Assembly (NCBI GenBank): GCA_963668025.2
Contig: CAXXTH010000010.1
Coordinates: 416,001 to 480,000 of the forward strand
Source of the DNA: Candidatus Hydrogenedentota bacterium
GTDB lineage: Bacteria > Hydrogenedentota > Hydrogenedentia > Hydrogenedentales > SLHB01
Direction of reading: 5' to 3'
Length of the DNA stretch: 64,000 nucleotides
Below are positions 10,801 to 20,025 of the stretch, piece by piece (positions within the stretch are counted from its first letter, which is position 1; each line of letters starts with the position of its first letter). Made by a program: the position numbers and the translations under genes. The notes beneath the pieces are model-generated. The model had not been told where the DNA came from, searched no databases, and saw only the letters and a list, made by a program, of their open reading frames with translations.

Positions 10801-11421
10801 CTCCAGCGCATGGGCGACGTGAACCTCATGGCTATTGAAGAATACGAGGCGTTGGAGCAGCGGCATGGTTTCTTGACTGGCCAGGCCGACGACCTCCAAA
10901 AAGCTCGTGAAGCCCTGCTCGGCGTTATCGCCCGCAGCGACAAGCGCATCCGCGAGATGTTCATGGAGACCTTCGAAGAAGTGGCCAACCACTTTCGCGA
11001 ATATTTCCGCATCCTTTTCAACGGCGGCCAGGCGCGGGTCTATCTCGTGAACGAAGATGACCCGCTCGAGAGCGGCATCGAGATCGAAGCCCGCCCGCCC
11101 GGCAAAAAGCCCACGACCATCTCGCTGCTGTCAGGCGGTGAGAGCGCCATGACCGCCATTGCGCTGTTGTTCAGTATTTTGAAATCAAAGCCGACACCGT
11201 TCTGTATTCTCGACGAGGTGGATGCGCCGCTGGATGACAGCAATATCGGGCGCTTTTTGAACATGGTGGATGATTTCTCCAAAGAGACGCAGTTCATTGT
11301 CATTACGCACAACAAACAGACCATGTCCCGCGCCAACGCCATGTATGGCGTGACCATGCAAGAGCGCGGCGTATCGCAATTGCTGTCAGCGCGGATGACC
11401 GAAGCGCGGGAATCGGCTTGA
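7843..11421 (+). CDS. smc: Chromosome segregation protein SMC
   Basis: GFKSF, Walker A GPNGCGKS, coiled coils, hinge GRVTFLPL, LSGGE signature, LDEVDAPLD Walker B. Confidence 0.97.
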   Translation: MYFKQLELTGFKSFADRTVLRLDPGITAVVGPNGCGKSNILDSLRWVLGEQSSKALRGSHMQDVIFNGSENRHALGMAEVSVTFDNADSKLPVDFAEVQVTRRLYRSGESEYLINKASCRLKDVLELFMDTGIGTQAYSMIGQGKMDMILSQKPEDRRFLFEEAAGIIKYKNRKKVAMRRLESAEQNLLRLMDIVAEIERQMRTLKRQVNAAIRYRELTEQLRDIEIRAAWIKYDRLSQRVAELRELFAKAQDLYEQVSAKVTSLEARHEELDLSRLETDRALASRRERVYEIDREMEKLERQVGLLQQQTEFSRNQQRQAGEEREAFHGRAAAIREQIARTQAETEALRTELEACESAIGEKAQFHAETAGRAAEAEEQVERLRTDAVERMNARARMQTELETIGVRIHNVDTQLASIQEQQGAEDERRAGVEGRLDEARREESEKHAALEIVEKDKASATAEHAAQTQALRDLNERWQTCRERKSSLEARLTSLRELRDNYEGFAVGVRAVMRAKNENMAGMEGIIGPAGDLLSTEKTYEQAIEAALGGNINNVIVKDSAAAKSAINFLKKHNAGRVTFLPLDIIRGGAGDQGQALRKRPGVIGPAIEHVRFEPHIKSAVEYLLHSTLIVETLDHAIEIARTERNYPRLVTLEGEVVSSSGAVTGGRAKNESRGLLGRSAEITELGEKTEALQKEIKSIAERGEAVTKAIQEAQRLARELEQQESALHKELGQLGVVIARQTTELDNLSESTAALAGRREALAEQRRQLEGQKREVEERTQSLENDDETLKEHMAQAQSALSAVREAANAVASELGNLRVQQASLNQRMEELLRDAEREQRELEAAIRDAERRQEMLAQHAGQEETLEEEIQSTLERAGELSENREQAQALVNESENARQEVLDELESIDGELRSLREQQRSGQVDVHRFELELRSDEDKIGFFEERILTEYHIALAQLSAEQVGEDEYDEETRERLVNDIRERLQRMGDVNLMAIEEYEALEQRHGFLTGQADDLQKAREALLGVIARSDKRIREMFMETFEEVANHFREYFRILFNGGQARVYLVNEDDPLESGIEIEARPPGKKPTTISLLSGGESAMTAIALLFSILKSKPTPFCILDEVDAPLDDSNIGRFLNMVDDFSKETQFIVITHNKQTMSRANAMYGVTMQERGVSQLLSARMTEARESA

Positions 11422-11606
11422 TTTTTTGGAGGCCACGAAATACCTAACACGGCATGGCCGCAGCCAAAGAGCCGGATTTTAGACTACAAAATACACTAAA
11501 ATATTAAGCGAAATACTTAGTGACTCCGGCCACGGCGTTATTAATCGCTCCTCAGTGTCATATGTGTCATCTGTGGATCCAAATATCTGAAAGTTTTAAT
11601 ATAGTT

Positions 11607-11628
11607 GTAGGGCGGGGCTTGCCCCACC
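11607..11628 (+). repeat. REP family 1 copy
   Basis: GTAGGGCGGGGCTTGCCCCACC. Confidence 0.8.
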
Positions 11629-11673
11629 AACAATACACAAAAACGGAGAACACAACCACGCGGAGATAACGCG

Positions 11674-12810
11674 ATGCGTGTATTACATCTATTCAGCAAC
11701 GCCAAATGGACCGGTCCAGCCGAACCTGCACTGAACTTGTGCGTAGCGTTGCGGCGCATGGGCGTGGACGCTGATTTTGCCTGCTCGCCGTTATCAGGCG
11801 ATTCCATCAATAAAGTCGTCGAGACCGCCCGCGACCGTGGCATCGAGCCGATTCTCGAGTTTGACCTGCGCAAACACCGCCATCCCTTGTATAACTTCAT
11901 TGATGCGCGGCGGCTCTGTGTCTATTTGCGTTCCCACCCGTATGATTTGATTCATTGCCATCTCGACAACGACCACCGCATCGCCGTTTACCCTGCGAAC
12001 AGATTAGGCGTTCCTATCGTACGCTCCAGCTACAACGGCGAGGGCTTTACCGTAAAGCCCGGCATGCCAAGCCTTCTCGCCTCGGCGGCGCGCATCATCG
12101 AGCCATCCAAACGCGCCCTTGAACATGACGCCACGATGTTGAAATACCCCCGGGAACGCATATGCGTCATCGCCAACGCCGTGGATACGGAACGGTTTGA
12201 CCCCGCCCGCCCCGTGCCTGACGGCCGCCGGTGGCTGGGTATTCCGCCTGAAGCCTTCGTGTTGGGCATCGTGGCGCGCATGCAAACACACCGGCAATAT
12301 GGCGAATTTTTCACCGCCGTCCGCCAGCTTGTGGATACTGAAACCTCCATGAGCCGGGAAACCCATGTCATTGTCGTAGGCCGTGGCACCAAGCAAGCGC
12401 AAGTGGCTTTCGAGCCTGTACGCGCCTTGGGACTCGGTGAACGCGTTCATTTTTCCGGTTACGTGGATGGAGAAAACTACGTAGGCATGCTCAAAGCTTT
12501 TGACGTGAAAGTGTTTCTTGTCCCGGGGAGCGATGGCACCTGCCGCGCCGTGCGCGAAGCCATGGCCATGGGCAAACCCGCCATCGTAGCCGACCGTGGC
12601 ATGCTCGCGGAAATCGTGGACCATGAAGTGAATGGGCTCGTATGCGGCCCTTCGCCGGACGCCCTATTCGAGGCGATGCGCACGCTGGCCACGGATCGCG
12701 CGCGGACGCGCGCCCTGGGCAGCGCCGCACGCGAAAAAGCGGCGACATGCTTCGCGCTTGATGTCCAAGCGCAAAGCGTAATGGACGTATATAGCAGTTG
12801 TTTATCTTGA
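11674..12810 (+). CDS. GT4 (GT-B) glycosyltransferase
   Basis: N-terminal G.AE, NAVD..RF and EAMAMGKP motifs; the first Glu of the EX7E motif appears as Asp (DGTCRAVRE). Confidence 0.85.
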   Translation: MRVLHLFSNAKWTGPAEPALNLCVALRRMGVDADFACSPLSGDSINKVVETARDRGIEPILEFDLRKHRHPLYNFIDARRLCVYLRSHPYDLIHCHLDNDHRIAVYPANRLGVPIVRSSYNGEGFTVKPGMPSLLASAARIIEPSKRALEHDATMLKYPRERICVIANAVDTERFDPARPVPDGRRWLGIPPEAFVLGIVARMQTHRQYGEFFTAVRQLVDTETSMSRETHVIVVGRGTKQAQVAFEPVRALGLGERVHFSGYVDGENYVGMLKAFDVKVFLVPGSDGTCRAVREAMAMGKPAIVADRGMLAEIVDHEVNGLVCGPSPDALFEAMRTLATDRARTRALGSAAREKAATCFALDVQAQSVMDVYSSCLS

Positions 12811-13950
12811 GCTTAGGGCGAATGCGCCGCTGAGATCAGCAATCAAATCATCCATATGCTCGAGCCCCACGGATACCCGGATTAAATCATTGGTGATCCC
12901 TGCCGCCGCCCGCGCATCTTCTGGCATCGAAACATGGGTCATGGACCAAGGATGCTCGATAAGCGATTCAACTCCGCCCAGCGACTCCGCCAGGGTGAAC
13001 AGCCGCACGCCGCCCAAGAGCTTCAGCGCCGCTTCTTCGCCCCCCTTTACCCGAAATGAAAAGGTTCCGCCGAATCCGCTCATTTGCTTGTGAGCCAACG
13101 CATGCTGTGGATGGCTTTCAAGGCCTGGATGCAGCACGCGCTCCACTTGAGGATGGCTCTCAAGCCATTGGGCCACGGAAAGGGCGTTTCGGTTATGGGC
13201 CTCCATGCGCAAGGGCAAGGTCTTGAGTCCGCGAAGCACAAGAAAACAATCGAATGGCGCTTGGCATACGCCCAAGGCATTCTGAAGAAAAGCGATTCGT
13301 TCCGCTGATTCCGCTCGGGCGGCCACCACGGCCCCGCCAACCACATCCGAATGGCCGTTAATATACTTGGTGGTCGAATGGACAACCAAATCCATCCCCC
13401 ACTCGATGGGGCGTTGAAAATAGGGTGACAAGAAGGTGTTGTCACATACGGATATGGCTCCGTGGCTTCGGGCGGAAGCAGCGATAGCTTCCAGGTCGAG
13501 TAGATTCATGAGGGGATTCGTCGGCGTTTCTGTCCATACCATCCGCGTGTTGGGCCGGTATGCGGCCTCCAGCGCATCGCGATCGCGTAGATTGACAAAC
13601 TCCACTTCCACCCCATGCCGCGCCACTACACTGGTGAGCAGCCGGTATGTGCCGCCATACAAATCGTTATGGACAATGATATGATCGCCCGCACTTAATA
13701 AAGAGAGCACCGTTGTCTCGGCCGCCATGCCAGTTCCAAAAGCGAAGCCTTGCACTCCTCCTTCCAGCGCGGCAAGGCAGTCTTCCAATGCCTTGCGGGT
13801 AGGATTCCCCGAACGGGAGTAATCAAACGGACCTGGCTCGCCTACGCCACGGAAGGCGAATGTCGATACTTGATAGATGGGCGTCATAACGGCCCCATAG
13901 GCCGGATCGGGTCCTTGCCCCGCATGAATGGCGCGCGTCTCGAATCGCAT
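12802..13950 (-). CDS. metB: Cystathionine gamma-synthase/gamma-lyase (trans-sulfuration PLP enzyme)
   Basis: YSRSGNPT, ETPTNP, DNTF, HSTTKYINGHSD and SLGGVESL motifs; exact reaction not resolvable. Confidence 0.8.
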   Translation of the reverse strand: MRFETRAIHAGQGPDPAYGAVMTPIYQVSTFAFRGVGEPGPFDYSRSGNPTRKALEDCLAALEGGVQGFAFGTGMAAETTVLSLLSAGDHIIVHNDLYGGTYRLLTSVVARHGVEVEFVNLRDRDALEAAYRPNTRMVWTETPTNPLMNLLDLEAIAASARSHGAISVCDNTFLSPYFQRPIEWGMDLVVHSTTKYINGHSDVVGGAVVAARAESAERIAFLQNALGVCQAPFDCFLVLRGLKTLPLRMEAHNRNALSVAQWLESHPQVERVLHPGLESHPQHALAHKQMSGFGGTFSFRVKGGEEAALKLLGGVRLFTLAESLGGVESLIEHPWSMTHVSMPEDARAAAGITNDLIRVSVGLEHMDDLIADLSGAFALSSR

Positions 13951-14374
13951 GGGATGCTCCCTCTATGTTGTCTATTTTATACCAGACTAATCCGCTTTAA
14001 TTTATTCAGTATGTTAGCGGGAAGGCATTCCTTTTTCAAGAATCCGGTTACGTTCTCTATTCGCCAGGGCAGTCCTCATTATCGTGTAACATGGAATGCG
14101 CAGGCTCACCTTCTTGGTGAAGATAAGTCATTTTCAAGGCGCGGAGAACGCAAAGTATCGCAAAGAATCCACGCTTCTCCATTCTCGAATGTGCGAATAA
14201 ACGGTTCGAGAGTGTTTTTCTACTTTGCGGCTCTCTGCGTTCTACGCACCTCTGCGTTGAAGATGATCGCCTATATCGAGTTACATAAATAAAAAGTATA
14301 ATAGAACAACCTTATCCGGTGATTTGGATTGCGTTCTATATCGCCCGATAAAAAGAAGGAGGGATGCACTTTCC

Positions 14375-14417
14375 GCAGCATGGCAGCCCCGGGCATGCGC
14401 ATGGGCGGGACGCCCAT
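14375..14417. repeat. REP family 2 doublet (GTAGCATGGGCGTCCCGCCCATG-like), degenerate
   Basis: CATGGC..CCCGGGCATGCGCATGGGCGGGACGCCCAT; related copies at 37465, 39469 and 41737. Confidence 0.7.
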
Positions 14418-14640
14418 TCAACGAGCTCTACAGTATCTATATTGTTTTGATACTGCTGTAACAATGGCTGCGAATACATGGCATTTGTATGCACACACAT
14501 GAAGAATACGCCTCTTATCCAGTGATTGGGGTTGCGCGGCAGTTGTGCCCGTATAATAAAGACAGGTATTATGCGCATAAGCGCAGTTGTTCCGCGCCGG
14601 GATAGAAACATATTGAAGAACTATAGAGGAGGGAACCACC

Positions 14641-15216
14641 ATGGCGCTTACTCCATCCACCATGCTTCCGATTGGCACGCCAGCCCCCGATTTTAATCTG
14701 CCCGATCTGGACGGCAAAACCGTCTCATTGGCGGGCTTCGCAGGCAAAAAGGCGTTGCTCGTCCAGTTCATCTGCAACCACTGTCCTTACGTTATTCATG
14801 TGCGGCAAGAATTGGCCAAACTGGGCAAGGAATACCAAGCCAGGGGAGTGGGAATCGTTGCCATAAACGCCAACGATGCGGTGAATTATCCTGAGGACAG
14901 CCCGGCGCACATGAAACGCATCGCGGTGGAAATTGAGTATGCCTTCCCATATCTCTACGACGAAACCCAGCAAGTGGCCAAGGCATATCACGCGGCATGC
15001 ACGCCTGATTTCTTTTTATTCGACGCCCACATGAAGCTCGTATACCGGGGCCAGCTCGACGACAGCCGCCCGGGAAATGACATTCCGGTCACGGGCAAAG
15101 ATTTGCGCGCCGCGTTGGACGCCGTATTGGAAGGCAAATCCGTTTCCACGGTTCAAAAACCGAGCATGGGCTGCAACATCAAATGGAAATCTGGCAACGC
15201 CCCCAGTTATGCATAA
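14641..15216 (+). CDS. Thioredoxin-fold AhpC/TSA (PRX-like1) protein
   Basis: FICNHCPYV, FPYLYDE.Q, CTPDFF and GCNIKW motifs. Confidence 0.9.
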   Translation: MALTPSTMLPIGTPAPDFNLPDLDGKTVSLAGFAGKKALLVQFICNHCPYVIHVRQELAKLGKEYQARGVGIVAINANDAVNYPEDSPAHMKRIAVEIEYAFPYLYDETQQVAKAYHAACTPDFFLFDAHMKLVYRGQLDDSRPGNDIPVTGKDLRAALDAVLEGKSVSTVQKPSMGCNIKWKSGNAPSYA

Positions 15217-15246
15217 ACCATTTCACTTCTTCAGGGAGAAAGAATA

Positions 15247-16611
15247 ATGCCCGATCTGCAAGCCGCGCTGTCGTATGCGAATCAACACCAGGAACGGTTC
15301 CTGGAAGAGTTTAAAGATTTTTGCGCCATTCCCAGCATTTCGACACTGAGCGAAAATGCGGGCGATGTCGCACGGACGGCGCAATGGCTGGCCGATGAGC
15401 TGGCCCGGCTTGGACTTGAACGGATTCAAATCATTCCGACGAAGCTCCACCCCGTCGTCTGCGGCGAGTGGATGGGCGCTCCTGGCAAACCAGTGGTGCT
15501 GGTGTACGGCCATTATGATGTGCAGCCGGTGGACCCCATCGAGGAATGGATATCGCCGCCCTTTGACCCTGTGGTGCGGGGCGACAACTTGTATGCCCGG
15601 GGCGCTTCCGACATGAAAGGCCAGATCCAGGCTTTGCTGAAGGCGCTCGAGGCCCTCAAACAACAGGGCGCTTTCCCTGTTAATATCCGGTTCATGCTGG
15701 AAGGCGAAGAGGAAATGGGCTCGCCAAGCCTGGAAGATTTCGTCGAAAAACATCGCGGCCTGCTGGTGTGCGATGTTGTGTTGAATTGCGACGGCGGCAT
15801 TGCGGGGCCAGATACGCCCGCACTGACCTATGGCCTGCGCGGCCTGTCCTATTTCGAGCTCGAGGTGTTCGGGCCATCGAGCGACCTCCATTCGGGCGTG
15901 TTCGGCGGCGCGGTGCATAATCCCGCCCAAGCGCTCTGCGAGCTGATCGCAGGCATGCATGGCCCGGATGGCAGCGTCAACCTGCCCGGCTTCTACGACA
16001 CCGTTCGCCCCATCGAGCCGGAGGAACGTGCGGCGCTCGCGGGATTGCCGCTGTCCGATGAGGAATGGAAAACATTGAGCGGCGTGCCTGCGCCCTGGGG
16101 CGAAGCCGAATACACCATCACGGAACGCATCGGCGCACGTCCTACGCTCGAAGTGAATGGCCTGGTGAGCGGCTTCACGGGAGAAGGCGCAAAAACAGTC
16201 CTGCCAGCCCGCGCCATGGCGAAACTCTCGATGCGCCTGGTGCCGGATCAAGACCCATTTGAAGTGGAAAAACAATTGCGCGCCTACCTGGAAACACATG
16301 CGCCCAACACCATCCGCTGGGAGCTGCGCCAATTGAGCGGGGCAGGCCCGGGCATGATCGAACGCGATTCGCCTTATATGCGCGCCGCGCGCCAAGCCCT
16401 GGAAGAAGTCTTCGGCATTCCGCCCAAGTTCAAGCGTGAAGGCGGTTCTATTCCCGTGGTGAGCCTGTTGAAGGAACGTATTGGCGCGGATACCGTATTG
16501 ATGGGATTCGAGCTTCCCGATGCGGGTTTCCATGGGCCGAACGAAAAAATGCATTTGCCCTCTTTCTACCGGCTCATCGAGACTTATATCCGCTTTCTGT
16601 GTATATTATAA
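15247..16611 (+). CDS. M20 family dipeptidase
   Basis: YGHYDVQP, ARGASDMKG, EGEEE.GS and H.PNE motifs. Confidence 0.92.
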   Translation: MPDLQAALSYANQHQERFLEEFKDFCAIPSISTLSENAGDVARTAQWLADELARLGLERIQIIPTKLHPVVCGEWMGAPGKPVVLVYGHYDVQPVDPIEEWISPPFDPVVRGDNLYARGASDMKGQIQALLKALEALKQQGAFPVNIRFMLEGEEEMGSPSLEDFVEKHRGLLVCDVVLNCDGGIAGPDTPALTYGLRGLSYFELEVFGPSSDLHSGVFGGAVHNPAQALCELIAGMHGPDGSVNLPGFYDTVRPIEPEERAALAGLPLSDEEWKTLSGVPAPWGEAEYTITERIGARPTLEVNGLVSGFTGEGAKTVLPARAMAKLSMRLVPDQDPFEVEKQLRAYLETHAPNTIRWELRQLSGAGPGMIERDSPYMRAARQALEEVFGIPPKFKREGGSIPVVSLLKERIGADTVLMGFELPDAGFHGPNEKMHLPSFYRLIETYIRFLCIL

Positions 16612-16651
16612 GTGGATAAATCCATTTCTGTGGGAGCGCACTGCTTTGAGC

Positions 16652-16673
16652 GGTGGGGCAAGCCCCACCCTAC
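16652..16673 (-). repeat. REP family 1 copy
   Basis: GGTGGGGCAAGCCCCACCCTAC. Confidence 0.85.
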
Positions 16674-16780
16674 AAAACGGCCGGAAGAAGCTCCATTTTT
16701 TGTTGTACAACGCCTTGGCGGTTGATTTATCATAGCGTCACGGATGCATTTGGCTCATTACTTTCTGGAGGAAAACCGTC

Positions 16781-17992
16781 ATGATGATATCAGGGCTCGT
16801 TATTTCGCTGTTTATGCAAACGTTTACTATAGCGGCGGAGCCGGCTCCGCCGCAGGTTGCCGCACCCCAGGCGCTCTCCCCGGCCGCTTGTGAACGGGGC
16901 GTGGTGGACCCCGGCAATCCCGCGCGCATCGAGCGGGCCATGGCCAAAGCCATGCGCGGGGAGCGAGTCGTGGTGGGCGTTATCGGCGGCTCGATCACCG
17001 AGGGCGGTGCGGCATCGGATGTCGAGCATCGCTGGGCCAGCCTGGTGGCCCAATGGTGGCGCACGACATTCCCTCAAGCAACGATTGAGCTGGTGAACGC
17101 GGGACTCGGCGCGACGGGGTCTGACATCGGTTCCGGGCGGGTAGGGTCCAAATTGCTCGCCCATAATCCCGACTTCGTAGTGGTCGAGTTTGGCGTGAAC
17201 GATTCAGGAAAGCCCCATGTTCACGAGACGTATGAAGGGGTGATTCGCCAGATCATGGCTAGTCCCAGCCAGCCGGGCGTCATGATTCTGTATACGATGC
17301 ACGAAACCGGGGCGAACGAGCAGGACAAGCAAGAACCAGTGGGCAAGCATTATGGCATTCCCATGGTGAGTTTCCGCGATGCGGCGTATCCGGATATCCA
17401 GGCAGGCCTGTATCCCGTGTCGGCGGTGCTGGCGGATGCGGTGCATCCAAACGACCTCGGGCACGCCTATTGCGCACAAATGGTGTGTTATATGCTCGAA
17501 CGGATTCGCAGCCAAATGCCGAAAGACTATAAACCTGCTGGGCTGGCCGCTATTCCTGCGCCGTTATTCAGCGATGAATACGCGCGCACGGCGCTGCACA
17601 CGAGTGAAAACTGCACGCCTAAGTCAAATCACGGATGGAAGGCGCTGGATACGCCATACCTTGGCCCTGGATGGGAAAGCAATACGTCGGGCAGTGAATT
17701 GGAATTCTCCGTGGAAGGCACGACGGTTGCCCTGATCTATCAATATAAAAAAGACGATATGGGCCGCATCGAGGCGAAAGTGGATGATGGCGAGCCCGTG
17801 GTGTTCGATGGGTACTATAAAGACGATTGGGGCACTGGCTATGCCCGTTTCGTCGTCGTAGGCGAAGAGCTTGCCCCTGGCCCCCATACGCTGCACATCC
17901 GCCTGCTCGATACGCGGGACGAAGCCAGCAAGGGCAATCTCTTCCGCATTTGCGCGGTGCTGTGCGCGGGCGTTCCCAGCAAAACCCCTTGA
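16781..17992 (+). CDS. Secreted SGNH/GDSL hydrolase with C-terminal beta-sandwich
   Basis: GGSITEG, NAG.GATGS, EFGVND and D.VHPND.GH blocks; N-terminal signal-like segment. Confidence 0.88.
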   Translation: MMISGLVISLFMQTFTIAAEPAPPQVAAPQALSPAACERGVVDPGNPARIERAMAKAMRGERVVVGVIGGSITEGGAASDVEHRWASLVAQWWRTTFPQATIELVNAGLGATGSDIGSGRVGSKLLAHNPDFVVVEFGVNDSGKPHVHETYEGVIRQIMASPSQPGVMILYTMHETGANEQDKQEPVGKHYGIPMVSFRDAAYPDIQAGLYPVSAVLADAVHPNDLGHAYCAQMVCYMLERIRSQMPKDYKPAGLAAIPAPLFSDEYARTALHTSENCTPKSNHGWKALDTPYLGPGWESNTSGSELEFSVEGTTVALIYQYKKDDMGRIEAKVDDGEPVVFDGYYKDDWGTGYARFVVVGEELAPGPHTLHIRLLDTRDEASKGNLFRICAVLCAGVPSKTP

Positions 17993-18069
17993 GCGGTATT
18001 TGGTGCGGCTATGGCAAGCCTCCCCAGATACAAGCGGGGAGGCTTGCCGTATTTTTGTACTACTCAAGG

Positions 18070-18396
18070 CTATTTGGAAAAGCTGCGCTTATTGTCCCTC
18101 TTTTTAGTATATTTACGCCTATATATTTCTTCTAGCCTGTTTGATGTAGTTTTTGCTTTTTCTGCTTCATCTAGCATATTCATCTTCTCGTATTCAAAAG
18201 CGATTAAATACCAAAGCGCCATACTATATTCTTTTTTGTAAAAGGCACTAGCCAGTAATTTATAAAAAAATATAGCTGTTTTATGTTTTCCTGTAAAAGA
18301 AAAAAGTAAACCTTGCGGGAGCAAAAACAGTAAGCATAAAATAAACCATGATTTTCTCAACTTTCGCCACTTCCGCATTTTGCGAACAATCAGCAT
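18070..18396 (-). CDS. AT-rich hypothetical protein (one TM plus helical, TPR-like tail); may be a remnant
   Basis: 108 aa ORF with GAGG RBS in a visibly AT-rich patch; no diagnostic motif. Confidence 0.3.
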   Translation of the reverse strand: MLIVRKMRKWRKLRKSWFILCLLFLLPQGLLFSFTGKHKTAIFFYKLLASAFYKKEYSMALWYLIAFEYEKMNMLDEAEKAKTTSNRLEEIYRRKYTKKRDNKRSFSK

Positions 18397-18741
18397 TTCA
18401 TTTCCTCGTGAGACCTGTATCTCCCAGAAAACTTCAATAGAAACGTGCCACCTCTATAATAGAAAAGAATTCCTCTTCATCCAAAGAACCTTGAACAAAC
18501 ACCATCCAAATTGTGCTTGAACTTGAGGTGTTCCCAGAATTTAAACAATTCCTGGGTTCAGCTAAGATAGTCTTGTCTATTCATTGCACACCACTATAAG
18601 CATATTCAACAGAAGGAAACGGTCGAAACATGACTTTTTGCTCGTTATATGTAAAAATGCCGTTTCCCCGAGAGGACTTCCCTGAGAAACCGCTGCATAT
18701 CAAATAATTATATCCAGACTATATAGGCGTATTCCTTGAGC

Positions 18742-18763
18742 GGTGGGGCAAGCCCCACCCTAC
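18742..18763 (-). repeat. REP family 1 copy
   Basis: GGTGGGGCAAGCCCCACCCTAC. Confidence 0.85.
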
Positions 18764-18805
18764 ATATTTTAGTGTATTTAGTTGTTACTATCACAAAGTC
18801 GTTTT

Positions 18806-19864
18806 TCAGGATTTCGCCTGCCAGAGGCGCAAATACTCCATGGCGTTTTGCAGATCCTGAAGCGCCTCGGCGGCGGTGCATAACGGCGCGATCTCGCCCC
18901 GAACCGCGCGCAGAAAATTGACCGCTTGCTGGCGCATGGCATGATTCCATGGAAGCGTGGGCGATACGGCCAGGGGAGCCGCACCACCGCCGGGATCCTT
19001 GAAAACCTCGACCCGGCCCGGCCGGTTGACCGCCACGGGCGCAGGCAACTCAAGCTTTATATAGCCATGCTCGAAACACACCAAAGCCTGCTCATGCCAA
19101 TCGATGGAGGTGCTATACGGTTCCATCTCGATGACGCCTGCCACGCCACTCTCCGCCTCAATGGCAAGCAGCGTATTGTTTTTGGCGAGGTGGACGATAT
19201 GATAGGGCGCACCCAAAAGATGCCGCAGGAGGTTCACTTGGTGAATATAATAATTCACGAACCGCACAAATTCCGTATGCGCTTGTGCATCCATTCCAGG
19301 TGAAGGCGGATCCAATTCAAGCGCGGGCATAGGTTCATCCGATGTAATACAATCCCAAAAGCCATTCGCGACCCAATCGCCGGGCGGCATGGTCAGCCGG
19401 ACATATGTCATCCGGCCCAGTTCGCCCGACGCCTGGAAGGCCTCGATCTGCTCTTTGGCGTACATCGTGGCGGGGTCGCTGCGCTTATGGTAACCCAGCA
19501 TGAGGAATTTCCCGTTTTCACGCTCGGCGGCGGCAATCCTTTCACCAGCTTCCACGGAACTCGCCAGCGGCTTCTCGGACAACACGGGGAGCCCTGTGCT
19601 GAGCAAGGCGGGAAGCAGCGAACCATGCATGGTGAATTGCTGCGGCGCTACGAGCGCATCCAGGCGCTCTTTCCCTACCATTTCCTCCCAGGAAACATAC
19701 GTGTGGGGAATGCCATACCGCGCCGCCACCTGCTGGCCCAGGCCGGGCCGGATCTCCGCCAGCGCCACGACTTCACACTCCGGAAGATGGGCGTAATTCC
19801 GCAGATGGGCGCACTGGCCCATTCCACCCGTTCCCACGAAACCAATCCGAAGTCTCTCAGGCAT
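18806..19864 (-). CDS. Gfo/Idh/MocA family oxidoreductase
   Basis: RIGFVGTGGMG Rossmann motif and EKP motif. Confidence 0.88.
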   Translation of the reverse strand: MPERLRIGFVGTGGMGQCAHLRNYAHLPECEVVALAEIRPGLGQQVAARYGIPHTYVSWEEMVGKERLDALVAPQQFTMHGSLLPALLSTGLPVLSEKPLASSVEAGERIAAAERENGKFLMLGYHKRSDPATMYAKEQIEAFQASGELGRMTYVRLTMPPGDWVANGFWDCITSDEPMPALELDPPSPGMDAQAHTEFVRFVNYYIHQVNLLRHLLGAPYHIVHLAKNNTLLAIEAESGVAGVIEMEPYSTSIDWHEQALVCFEHGYIKLELPAPVAVNRPGRVEVFKDPGGGAAPLAVSPTLPWNHAMRQQAVNFLRAVRGEIAPLCTAAEALQDLQNAMEYLRLWQAKS

Positions 19865-19930
19865 TGGCCTTTCTCCTTATACGACTTGGTTTTAAACCAC
19901 GAAATACATTGAAACATTAAGTTAAATACT

Positions 19931-20025
19931 TTGTGACTCCGTGCTTCTGTGGTGAATGTTCCGAAATTTTAACACAGAGGCACGGAGGAGCACAGAAAAA
20001 TAAGCCCAAACAGAATGATACGCCC
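19931..20025. repeat. ACAGAG-family inverted repeat plus conserved 3' trailer of the paralogue family
   Basis: CTCCGTGCTTCTGTGGTGAA..ACACAGAGGCACGGAGGAGCACAGA..AAACAGAATGATACGCCC; closely similar at about 29250-29339 and 30379-30478. Confidence 0.85.

Noticed and set aside
13951-14340. SAM riboswitch upstream of the metB-like gene
   Set aside because: No S-box core recognised by eye; the hairpins present belong to a periodic repeat family
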